A stretch of DNA of 52,837 bases, from the NCBI GenBank assembly GCA_964591605.1, contig CAZQEN010000004.1:1-52837 (forward strand). Direction: 5' to 3'. Below are positions 24,822 to 33,130 of the stretch, in pieces. The notes under the pieces are model-generated. The model was not told the origin of the DNA. It made no database searches and saw nothing but the letters and a program-made list of their open reading frames with translations. Numbering within the stretch: the stretch's first letter is position 1; the number at the start of each line of letters is the position of its first letter. Source of the DNA: an uncultured Planctomycetales bacterium. Lineage in GTDB: Bacteria; Planctomycetota; Phycisphaerae; UBA1845; PWPN01. A program made the position numbers and the translations under genes.

Positions 24822-25190
24822 GGGAACTCCGCAGCACAGGATCAGTTGGTGTGAACCGGTCCCTTTGTAACGGACGAGCGCCACAGCCGCAAGCGACCGG
24901 CCGGCGCCGGGTCTTCATGGTCTGCGTTCGTGGTCGAAACACCAGCATTGTGGTGAGAAATGAGAAACTGGGAAGGCCTAAAGGTGGAAAGATGAGCAAA
25001 GAGAGGCCGATGCAGTCGCCCTTCAATCGAATGTATGCCACACGCCGGCTAGGAACAAGGACACGGATGGGCTTGCCTGCCCTTTCGACGGCGTACGAGA
25101 GGGAGCTGATGGCACACTCCCGCCGATCCTGCCCAAACTGGCAGCAGACCTCCGGGTCGTCGGAACCAGGCGCAAAACCGCCAGTCGGAC

Positions 25191-25541
25191 CTAAGTCATG
25201 ATCCAGACTGCCCTTTTGACTGGGAGGGACAGTTCGGGACTCCCCGGCATGACGAATGCTTGGACATAGACGGAATTCTGTAAACTCAAAGGTCTGAAAA
25301 AATATTCCTCAATACGCTGGTAGAACCTAAGTTTTTGGAGTAAACTTACTTGACGACAGAGGTTGAAATGCTTATAGCTTAACTTTGTAGACGCGGGGAC
25401 GGCCCTTCGCGCCAGCCGGAGCAACTCGGGTCGATCTGCGACGTACAAGAAGTGGGCCCGAAGTTTCTCAGCGATCGAGGGTCTGATCCGTGCACGGAGC
25501 CGTACCCGGTCCAGGAAAAGCGATGGGCGGGATTTCGTCAT
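25191..25541 (-). CDS. hypothetical protein (doubtful; competes with a plus-strand transcript model)
   Basis: 116-codon ORF starting at ATG 25541. It has atypically low G+C and lacks the third-position bias of its neighbours. No domain was recognised. Confidence 0.3.
   Translation of the reverse strand: MTKSRPSLFLDRVRLRARIRPSIAEKLRAHFLYVADRPELLRLARRAVPASTKLSYKHFNLCRQVSLLQKLRFYQRIEEYFFRPLSLQNSVYVQAFVMPGSPELSLPVKRAVWIMT
25350..25378 (+). promoter_or_regulatory. sigma70-like promoter TTGACG-17 nt-TATAGC
   Basis: -35 at 25350-25355 and -10 at 25373-25378, inside an AT-rich patch. Confidence 0.3.
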
Positions 25542-25617
25542 CCCGCCTGACAATTGCCATTCCCTTTCGCCCGCGCTCTCCGCGACTCTAACCTCCCCTA
25601 AGCGCGGGCGTTTTTTT
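25385..25617 (+). ncRNA. candidate ~230-nt orphan transcript, family unknown
   Basis: Lies between the promoter-like element and a plus-strand-only terminator. It contains a strong internal hairpin, GGCGGGAT-TTCGTC-ATCCCGCC (25527-25548). Confidence 0.25.
25569..25617 (+). terminator. rho-independent terminator (plus strand only)
   Basis: GCCCGCGCT (25569-77) pairs with AGCGCGGGC (25601-09), followed by G and TTTTTTT (25611-17). The 23-nt loop is large. On the minus strand no T tract follows the stem. Confidence 0.5.
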
Positions 25618-25697
25618 GCGCCGACTTTCCCCGTAGCCCAGGGTCCTGCCGTGGGCGTACCCGGACGACGCGTGCAATCCACCCGGCGGAATCGATC

Positions 25698-26486
25698 TCA
25701 GTCCAGAGTGAAGAACGTTCGTGCGCTGGATGTGCTGAGCTCTGCCATTTCCTCGAAGGTCATCCCGCGGAGCATGGCGGCGAACCGCACGGTGTGGACC
25801 ACGTTGCGCGGCTCGTTCGGACGCATTTTGCGGACGGGCTCGGGCGAGAGGTAGGGCGAGTCGGTCTCGAACATCAATTGCTCGAGCGGCGTCTCGACGA
25901 GGGCCTGCTGCGGGCCGGCGGCGTTCTTGAACGTGATGAGACCGGTGAAGGAGGTGCGCCAGCCGTGCCCGCGGATCTCGACGGCCTCCTGGGCGCTGCC
26001 GCTGAAACAGTGAAATACGACGCGCCGACCGCTGAAACCGTGCTTATCGAGCAGCCGGATCACGTCCGCCTGTGCCTCGCGGCAATGAATGACCACCGGC
26101 AGCGACGTGGCGGCCGCCATCTCGAGTTGTTTCTCGAACACCCGCTGCTGCGCGTCGCGCGGACTGAAGTCGTAGTGATAGTCGAGCCCCATTTCGCCCG
26201 CGGCCAGGACGCCCTCCCGGCGCCAGAGGTCGCGCAGGCGGGCGAGTTCCGCTTCATTCGTGCGTCCGGCCTCGTGGGGATGAATGCCGCAGGCCACGTG
26301 AACGCCAGGTTCGTCCGCGCGGAGCTGCAGGGCGGTTTCGGCTTCGTCGGCCCGGCACGCGACGGTGATCATCCGCGAGACGTTCGCTTCGTGCGCGGCC
26401 TGCACCACTCGGCGGGCATGCGGATACAGCTCCCCGGAGGTCAGGTGGCAGTGCGTATCGATGAGTTCGATCGGCATGGGTTTCAC
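25698..26486 (-). CDS. tatD: TatD family metal-dependent hydrolase
   Basis: LIDTHCHL N-terminus and the conserved His/Asp/Glu pattern (GIHPHEA, GEMGLDYHY, VVIHCREA, FHCFSG, ETDSPYL). Confidence 0.9.
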   Translation of the reverse strand: MKPMPIELIDTHCHLTSGELYPHARRVVQAAHEANVSRMITVACRADEAETALQLRADEPGVHVACGIHPHEAGRTNEAELARLRDLWRREGVLAAGEMGLDYHYDFSPRDAQQRVFEKQLEMAAATSLPVVIHCREAQADVIRLLDKHGFSGRRVVFHCFSGSAQEAVEIRGHGWRTSFTGLITFKNAAGPQQALVETPLEQLMFETDSPYLSPEPVRKMRPNEPRNVVHTVRFAAMLRGMTFEEMAELSTSSARTFFTLD

Positions 26487-26896
26487 GCGGGGATGAAGGC
26501 ATCGATGAAGTGTTCGATTTCGCGCGTCTGATCGGGCAGCACGGTGATGGCGATGATGTCGAACCGGTACATGCGCTCTTCGGAATGCGTGTGTCTCAGG
26601 AAGTACTCGGCCGCCCGCGCCAAATGCTGCTGCTTGATCAGGTTGACGGCATCCTGCGGGTCGGCGTGCTCGCGGCCGGTGCGGGTCTTGACCTCGACGA
26701 AGACGATGATGTCGCCGTCGAGGGCCACCAGGTCGATCTCTCCGGCGGGGCAGCGGTAGTTCCGGGTGACAATGCGATACCTGCGCGCCTTGAGGAAGCG
26801 TTCGGCCTGGCGTTCGCCGGCCCGTCCGAGTCCTGCCCGGTCATCCATGGCGATCACCCGCCGTACGTGCCCAAAAGCGAAGGCCCCCGGTGTCAT
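26483..26896 (-). CDS. yraN: YraN family (UPF0102) endonuclease-like protein
   Basis: GERQAERFLKARRYRIVTRNYRCPAGEIDLVALDGDIIVFVEVKTR. The alternative start is ATG 26848. Confidence 0.85.
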   Translation of the reverse strand: MTPGAFAFGHVRRVIAMDDRAGLGRAGERQAERFLKARRYRIVTRNYRCPAGEIDLVALDGDIIVFVEVKTRTGREHADPQDAVNLIKQQHLARAAEYFLRHTHSEERMYRFDIIAITVLPDQTREIEHFIDAFIPA

Positions 26897-26915
26897 CCGA
26901 GGGCCTCAAACATAT

Positions 26916-26935
26916 CCCGGGTGGGTGCACCCGGG
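26916..26935 (-). terminator. perfect hairpin CCCGGGTG-GGTG-CACCCGGG downstream of rplS
   Basis: 8-bp stem. On the minus strand it is followed by ATATGTTTG, a weak U tract. It lies between rplS and yraN. Confidence 0.3.
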
Positions 26936-27012
26936 CAATGTGCGACGGGCGAGCGGCGGGAGCAATCCGGCGATCCGAGGGCGCCAGGCCCGCGGGTGGC
27001 CCGCCTGAAGGA

Positions 27013-27435
27013 TCAGGCGCCGGCGCCCACGGGCTCGGGCGCCTTGGCGGCCGATTCGGCATTCTTGCCGGCGGTGGTCTTCTTTTTGTCGCGGATGCGG
27101 CGGGACTTGCCGACGCGCTCGCGCAGGTAGTACAGCTTGGCCCGCCGGACGTGGCCGCCGCGGACCACCTCGACGCCGGCGATCTTGGGCGAGTGGAGCG
27201 GGAAGATCCGCTCCACGCCCTCGTTGTTGACGATCCGACGGACGGTGAAGCTCTCACCCATGCCCTTGCCGCGCCGCGCGATCACGACACCGGTGTATGC
27301 CTGGATGCGCTCTTTGTCGCCCTCGACGATCCGCACGTTCACGGTGACGGTGTCGCCAATCTGGAACTTGGGCGTCTGCGGTTTCCTGGTCGAGTCTTCG
27401 ACGATCTGAATCAATCGGTTGATCATGGCACTCAC
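27013..27435 (-). CDS. rplS: 50S ribosomal protein L19
   Basis: [33 protein letters not shown]...FTVRRI...[11 protein letters not shown]. Confidence 0.96.
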   Translation of the reverse strand: MSAMINRLIQIVEDSTRKPQTPKFQIGDTVTVNVRIVEGDKERIQAYTGVVIARRGKGMGESFTVRRIVNNEGVERIFPLHSPKIAGVEVVRGGHVRRAKLYYLRERVGKSRRIRDKKKTTAGKNAESAAKAPEPVGAGA

Positions 27436-27454
27436 TCCTTCGCGCGGGCGTTTA

Positions 27455-28168
27455 TCACTTGTCCGTCGTCAATTGTCCGTTGTCCGTTGCCGTTTCCAGC
27501 AGGTCCGGGCGTTTCTCGCGCGTGCGGACGAGCGCTTCGTCGCGCCGCCACCGGGCGATGCGTCCGTGATCACCCGAGAGCAACACCTCGGGAACCTGCA
27601 GCCCGCGGAACTCCCGGGGCCTCGTGTATTGCGGGTACTCGAGCAGACCCGACGTAAAAGACTCGTCCCGGGCCGACCCTTCATCTCCCAGGGCTCCGGG
27701 GAGCAGACGCACCACGGCGTCGACGAGCACCATGGCCGCCGCCTCGCCGCCCGAGAGCACATAATCACCGATCGAGATCTCGCGGGGAGCCAGGCCCACG
27801 CGGACGCGCTCGTCAAATCCCTCGTAGTGGCCGCAGATGATCAACAGCCGCGGAAGACCGGCAAGTTCCTGCACCAGTTTCTGCGTGAGTTTCTCGCCCT
27901 GGGGGGTCAGGAGAATTCGCGTGGCGGGGCGGGAGTCCCGGGCCTCGATCTGTTCGACCGCGTCGAAGAGCGGCCCGCACATGAGGACCATGCCCGGTCC
28001 GCCGCCGAACGGGCGGTCATCGACGCTGCGGTGACGGTCGGTCGCGTAGTCGCGGATGTTCGCGCAGTGGACGGACACCACCCCGCTCGACCGGGCTCGG
28101 CCGATGATGCTGGTGGAAAAAAACGGCTCCACCGCTTCCGGGAAGAGTGTCAACACGTCGATCCGCAC
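27455..28168 (-). CDS. trmD: tRNA (guanine37-N1)-methyltransferase
   Basis: [11 protein letters not shown] start, [12 protein letters not shown], and YEGFDERV...[12 protein letters not shown]. Confidence 0.96.
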   Translation of the reverse strand: MRIDVLTLFPEAVEPFFSTSIIGRARSSGVVSVHCANIRDYATDRHRSVDDRPFGGGPGMVLMCGPLFDAVEQIEARDSRPATRILLTPQGEKLTQKLVQELAGLPRLLIICGHYEGFDERVRVGLAPREISIGDYVLSGGEAAAMVLVDAVVRLLPGALGDEGSARDESFTSGLLEYPQYTRPREFRGLQVPEVLLSGDHGRIARWRRDEALVRTREKRPDLLETATDNGQLTTDK

Positions 28169-28189
28169 AATGAATCATCCGCTGCACGA

Positions 28190-28453
28190 TTAGACTTTGC
28201 TCGCTTGGGCTCCAATTCCCTGCTGACGCAGCAGGCTCTGAACGGTATCAGTGGGCTGAGCGCCCTGGCTGAGCCAGTACTCGATGCGATCCTTCTTGAG
28301 ACTGACGCGCAACTCAGCCTTCTTGTTGGCCGGGTCGTAGAGGCCGAGCTCCTCGATGACGCGTCCGTCGCGGGTCGCCCGCTGGTCGACCGCGGCCAGG
28401 CGGTAAGAGGGCATGTGCCGACGGCCAGTCCGTTTCAAACGAATTCGTACCAT
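28190..28453 (-). CDS. rpsP: 30S ribosomal protein S16
   Basis: MVRIRLKRTGRRHMPSYRLAAVDQRATRDGRVIEELGLYDP. Confidence 0.96.
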   Translation of the reverse strand: MVRIRLKRTGRRHMPSYRLAAVDQRATRDGRVIEELGLYDPANKKAELRVSLKKDRIEYWLSQGAQPTDTVQSLLRQQGIGAQASKV

Positions 28454-28548
28454 TCACCTGCTCCACAAAACACGGAAACGCCGGGACAAACTGCCCAACC
28501 CTCCGGTCATGTTCCGGAAAAGATGCCTTCCTGACTATAGAACGGCTC

Positions 28549-28577
28549 ATTGTACCGCAGCCTGCCCCGATGAGCAA
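28549..28577 (-). promoter_or_regulatory. possible rpsP operon promoter TTGCTC-17 nt-TACAAT (minus strand)
   Basis: -10 = complement of 28549-28554 and -35 = complement of 28572-28577, about 95 nt upstream of the rpsP start. Confidence 0.3.
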
Positions 28578-29202
28578 ACCTGCAGATCCGTTCCAGCGCG
28601 TCTGCAGTCTGATCTTCGAGAGATGGAGGGCCGTAAGATATAAAGCTTTTATTAACAAATGCTTATGTGCTGACCTGGCTCTGAGCCGCCTGAGCCATCT
28701 CCCACCGAGCGGATGGGGGAACACCTGTGGGAGCATCGGTGGGTCCCGGTTTCCCGCATCCCCCGGTGAGAACGCCAGGTGCGACGTCGCCGTGACGTCT
28801 GGAACAAGCCCCATTTCCGCGGGGTTTCTGCAAGAAGCGGCGCCCTACGGGGCACGGCCGGGTGACGGGTCGCCGCAACGCTTCTGCGGTCCGAGGCGGT
28901 CACGACGCATGGCTGGTCGCGGGCCGCGGGATCGTTCGGGGCGGGATTCAGAGACACTGAACATGCCCACCCCCCATGCGAGAAAGAAAAACGGCCATTA
29001 CAGGGGAATAAAGCTGGTCAAAGCACCGGCCTGGAGGTAACATGCATCGCAGTCCGGCCGCCGCACGGCCGCACAGATCAGATCGCGAGTCGTTCGGCAG
29101 TGGGTTCCTGTTCAGCACCCTGAGGCATTGCCCGGGAGGACTCCCAGCGCGACAGTCCTTCTCCTGACCCTTGGGGCATCACCTGCGCGAGAGGAAAGAA
29201 CG

Positions 29203-32184
29203 ATGAGCTTTCACTCTACTCTGACTCTGACGGGTATTCTCTGCGCCGCGGAGGCGACGGCCCTGGCACAGGTCGGCGTTCGCAGCCTGGTGACTGTCGG
29301 CGACGCCGGAGTGGAGCGGATCATTCAGCGCGAGACCTTCGACCGGAAGAGTGATCCGAATCCGCCTCCCATCACCCCCCTGGCCCCGCCGCAGGTGCTC
29401 TGGTACTACGATGATGTAGCCGCGGTGCCTTCGTCGGTGGCCTTCAGCCGGGCGCCCGACAACGCGTGGGTCGCCGAGGATCTCAACTTCCAGCGCCTGC
29501 TGCGTTTTCCGATCCCGGGGCCCAACATCCCCCTGGAGACCATCTCCGCCCCGGCGGGCAGCGAAGTGGCCGCCGACGCCGCCCACGACGCCGACCTGGC
29601 GGTGCTGGTGATCGAAACCACCAGCGTCACGATCAGGGCCTACAACTCACTCAGCGCGACGCCGCTGTGGACGTACAACGTGCCCTCGCCCTACGTGGAC
29701 ATCACCCCGGAGTCGATGCGCATCTCCCGCGACGGGGCCATCGTGTGCTGTGCGGTGAAGAATCCCGGCCCGCCCGAGGCGGCGAGGCTCTTCATCCTGA
29801 ACGCCCAGACCGGCGCGCTGCTGCGCTACTGGGATTACCCGGGACGCATCGAGGGCGTCGACGTCAGCGACGACGGCTCACTGTGCCTGGCGACGCAGGG
29901 GGCCAACGGCCGGCTGATCGACACCGCGACCGCCACCGAGATTTTCACCGGGAGCGTGACGGGGGTGGGTGGTTACGGGAAGATCTCGGGCAACGGGCAG
30001 GTCATCGTTCTCGGAGGCTTCAACCTGCGGGTCTATGCGAAAAGCGGCCTCACCTACACGCAGCGGATCAACTTCTCCGCTTCCAATCAATTCTTCTCAG
30101 CAGTGGGCGTCTCGCGCGAAGGCTCGACGGTCGCCACGATGAGCGTCAACTACACCAACTACCTCGAGACGACCACGCGCATCTTCGACGTCGGCAGCCA
30201 GGCGTCGCTGGGGCAGTACTCCACCGCCGGCACGGGGGGCTACCAGGACGCGCCCAGTGCGGCCGCGGTCTCAGACGACGGGTCGGTAGCAGCGGTGGCT
30301 TCGTGGGGCACGCAGAACAACGCCCATCCTGAAGTGATGGTCTTCAATCGCAGCGTGAATCTGATTGCCAGCCTCGACACCAGCGGGTCGGTCTTTGCCC
30401 TCGATCTGACCGGCGACGGCGGGTATCTCCTGGCCGGAAACTTTGCCCAGCATGCCAACACGCTGGGCAACGGCGGGAGGGTCACGTGTTATCACGTCCG
30501 TGAGCCGGTCGTGCCGAAGATCCTCCGCGTCGACCACGAAGCGCCGCCCGGCGGCGACGGCACATCGTGGGCCGCCGCGTATCAGTCGCTGCACGCGGCC
30601 CTGGCGGCCGCACTGTCGGGCGATGAAGTGTGGGTGGCCGAAGGAACCTATCGTCCGGCCGGCCCGGGCGGAGACCGCAATGCGGCGTTCGCGCTGCCGA
30701 CCCGCGTCCAACTCTACGGCGGCTTCAAGGGCGTCACGCCGGCCCCGCCCGGTTTGCCCACTGGCGAGACGCAGCGCTCGCAGCGCAATCCCTCGCCCGA
30801 CACCAACGGCACCGTGCTCAGCGGCGACCTGAACGGCAACGACGGCCCCAGCTTCGCCAATAACGCCGAGAACAGCTACCGGGTCATCACGGCCGTCATG
30901 ACCAGCGCGCCCACCGTCATCGACGGTTTCACGATTTCGGGGGCCAACTCCAACTCCGGCAGCTATCCGACCTACAACGGCGGCGGCCTTTATACGAGTC
31001 AGGCCGTCCTCACCGTCTCGAACTGCCGGTTTCTCAATAACGTCGCGAGATACGGCGGGGGGATGTACAACGATCGCGGCGGGCCCACCGTCATGGACTG
31101 CGTCTTCCGCGGCAATCGCGCGACGACGGCGGGCGGCGGCATCTACGACTATCGCAGCAGCAACGGCCTGAAGCTCAGCGGCTGCCTCTTCGAGTCCAAC
31201 CTGGCCGACAACTACGGCGCGGGTCTCTACAACGACGGCAGCGTCACCACCGCCATACCCGCCGTCGTCGACCGCTGCACGTTCCTGGACAATGACTCCG
31301 GATACTGGGGTGGCGGCATATACAACTGGGTCACCAGCCCCACGATCACCAACTGCCGCTTCCTGGGCAACGGCGCCTCCAACGCCGGCGGCGCGATGTA
31401 CAACGAAGGGACGACCGTGACCCCCGCCCGCGGCGCCGATCCGACGATTGTCAACTGCGCCTTCAGCGGCAACACGACCGGCGGCGCCGGCGGGGCCATG
31501 CGCACCTGGATCGGCAGCCCGGTGATCATCAACTCCACATTCGGCGGCAACACCGCCAGCCTGACCGGCGGCGGCATGGAAGTCGGCTATCTGGGCAACG
31601 CCAGCGTCACCAACTCCATCTTCCGCGAGAACACCGATGCCGGCGGCCAGGACGAGTCGGCGCAGATCCACTTGAACGGCGGCGCCCTCGCGCTGAGCTA
31701 CAGCAGCGTGCAGAGTCTCAGCACCTACGGCGGCGTCGGCAACACCGCGGCCAGCCCGCATCTCGCCGACCTCGACGGGCCCGACAACGTCGCGGGCACG
31801 CTCGATGACGATCTGCGTCTGCGTTATCCCTCGCCGGCGATCGACACGGGCAACAACGCGGCCGTTCCCGGGACCGTCAGCACCGACCTGGACGGCAAGC
31901 CCCGCAAGCAGGACGGTAACGCCGACGCGCTGGTCGTGGTCGATATGGGCGCGTATGAATACGAGTTCCACATCCCGGCCGATTTCAACGGCGACCGCGA
32001 CGTGGACGCCGAAGATCTGGACGCCCTGCACGACTGCCGCTCCGGCCCGGCCGTCCCGCTCGCCCCCGCCTGCACCGACAAGGACCTCGACGGCGACGGC
32101 GACAGCGATCTCGACGACTTTGGCGTCCTCCAGCGCTGCTACACCGGCCCGGGAGCAGTCGGCAACCCTGCCTGCGCTGGCTGA
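29203..32184 (+). CDS. secreted 993-aa protein: N-terminal propeller-like region, parallel beta-helix (PMP/GGxGxY repeats), choice-of-anchor-Q-like region, C-terminal Cys-containing dockerin-like module
   Basis: GAGGAAAG RBS and signal peptide MSFHSTLTLTGILCAAEATALAQ. Repeated NCxFxxNxAxxGGGxYN turns occupy 30990-31640. The region DLDGKPRKQDG...VDMGAYEY follows, then paired DxDxDxD loops at 31978-32181. Confidence 0.85.
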   Translation: MSFHSTLTLTGILCAAEATALAQVGVRSLVTVGDAGVERIIQRETFDRKSDPNPPPITPLAPPQVLWYYDDVAAVPSSVAFSRAPDNAWVAEDLNFQRLLRFPIPGPNIPLETISAPAGSEVAADAAHDADLAVLVIETTSVTIRAYNSLSATPLWTYNVPSPYVDITPESMRISRDGAIVCCAVKNPGPPEAARLFILNAQTGALLRYWDYPGRIEGVDVSDDGSLCLATQGANGRLIDTATATEIFTGSVTGVGGYGKISGNGQVIVLGGFNLRVYAKSGLTYTQRINFSASNQFFSAVGVSREGSTVATMSVNYTNYLETTTRIFDVGSQASLGQYSTAGTGGYQDAPSAAAVSDDGSVAAVASWGTQNNAHPEVMVFNRSVNLIASLDTSGSVFALDLTGDGGYLLAGNFAQHANTLGNGGRVTCYHVREPVVPKILRVDHEAPPGGDGTSWAAAYQSLHAALAAALSGDEVWVAEGTYRPAGPGGDRNAAFALPTRVQLYGGFKGVTPAPPGLPTGETQRSQRNPSPDTNGTVLSGDLNGNDGPSFANNAENSYRVITAVMTSAPTVIDGFTISGANSNSGSYPTYNGGGLYTSQAVLTVSNCRFLNNVARYGGGMYNDRGGPTVMDCVFRGNRATTAGGGIYDYRSSNGLKLSGCLFESNLADNYGAGLYNDGSVTTAIPAVVDRCTFLDNDSGYWGGGIYNWVTSPTITNCRFLGNGASNAGGAMYNEGTTVTPARGADPTIVNCAFSGNTTGGAGGAMRTWIGSPVIINSTFGGNTASLTGGGMEVGYLGNASVTNSIFRENTDAGGQDESAQIHLNGGALALSYSSVQSLSTYGGVGNTAASPHLADLDGPDNVAGTLDDDLRLRYPSPAIDTGNNAAVPGTVSTDLDGKPRKQDGNADALVVVDMGAYEYEFHIPADFNGDRDVDAEDLDALHDCRSGPAVPLAPACTDKDLDGDGDSDLDDFGVLQRCYTGPGAVGNPACAG

Positions 32185-32460
32185 AGGGGGGTGTATAAAG
32201 TCGCCGGGCTCTCCATTCTGAGACCATCGGCACGCGATCCCTTTGTGCGGATGCCGGCCGGCAGCACGGGCGGGGGTGAATCCGCGTTTTGCCTTCGTCG
32301 TCAAGCCCCCGGGATACCATCGATGACCGAGTGCAAATGGAGGGTAAAGATACTTCCGTAGGGATGCTCCCATCTCATTCCAGAAGACGTGTGGAGGGGA
32401 TCGGAAGCCATGTTCAAGGTTCCGGTGCCCGTCATCGGTGCCCCACTCGGCGTATCGGGC

Positions 32461-32612
32461 ACCCACCCCGCGCTGCGCGGCGGGGTGGGTCACCCCCGCC
32501 ACAGGCGAGACCCCTGTGGCACACCCACCGGCGGGACGCCGGTTCCACACCTGCCCCACCGGCGGGACGCCGGTGCCACACTTGCCACACCGGCCACCGG
32601 CGGGAGCCGGTG
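32461..32612. repeat. hairpin cluster including REP family B (ACCGGCG-GGA-CGCCGGT) in 31-bp tandem units
   Basis: Stems at 32461-32490 (11 bp), 32498-32520 (8 bp), 32527-32543, 32558-32574 and 32595-32612 (degenerate). The cluster lies between convergent genes. Confidence 0.85.
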
Positions 32613-32683
32613 CAACACCGCTCCATGGGCGGGATGCTTTTCACACAAGGGCGGAGATGGTGGGCTCCTGGGACGAGGCGGAA

Positions 32684-33130
32684 TCAGGATCTGCCTTCGA
32701 GGGCACGGAGAATCGCTTCGTTTTCGAGCGGCTGCGCGCCCGCGCGCTGGAGGGCGTCGATGGCCTGGTCGGGCTCGTCGCAGCGGAGCACCATGACTGC
32801 CCGCCGGCCCTTCTCGAGCGTGAAGGCGTAGAGGTAGTCGAGGTTGATCCGCGACGCCTCGAACTCGGTCAGGATATCGGCGAGACGGCCGGTACGGTCG
32901 GTGGTTTCGATGACGATTACTTCGCTCACGTTGGCGGCATAGCCGGAGTTTTCGAGGACGGTCTGGGCCCGCTGCCAGTCGCGGACGATGAGGCGGAGGA
33001 TCCCGAACTGCCTGGTGTCGGCGATCGAGAGGGTGAGGATGTTGATGCCTGCTTCGGCCAGGGCGCGACAGGGGCCGACCAGCCGGCCGGGCTTGTTCTC
33101 CATGAACAGAGAAATCTGGTGCACTTTCAT
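32684..33130 (-). CDS. ACT domain-containing protein (tandem ACT)
   Basis: MKVHQISLFMENKPGRLVGPCRALAEAGINI... plus a second ACT-like half VIVIETTDRTGRLADILTEF. It overlaps the upstream gene by 4 nt. Confidence 0.85.
   Translation of the reverse strand: MKVHQISLFMENKPGRLVGPCRALAEAGINILTLSIADTRQFGILRLIVRDWQRAQTVLENSGYAANVSEVIVIETTDRTGRLADILTEFEASRINLDYLYAFTLEKGRRAVMVLRCDEPDQAIDALQRAGAQPLENEAILRALEGRS

Noticed and set aside
24851-25201. 116-codon plus-strand ORF downstream of the ThuA-DUF1080 gene start.
   Set aside because: It has no RBS, a basic low-complexity composition and no recognisable domain. The region is treated as intergenic.
28169-28189. Absence of rimM between rpsP and trmD, and of ffh upstream of rpsP.
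   Set aside because: The gap is only 21 nt and no remnant is visible. The genes may simply be encoded elsewhere. This is not informative without the whole genome.
30271-32559. 762-codon minus-strand ORF.
   Set aside because: It is antisense to the beta-helix exoprotein gene, which has an RBS, a signal peptide and repeat motifs. It has no motifs of its own.
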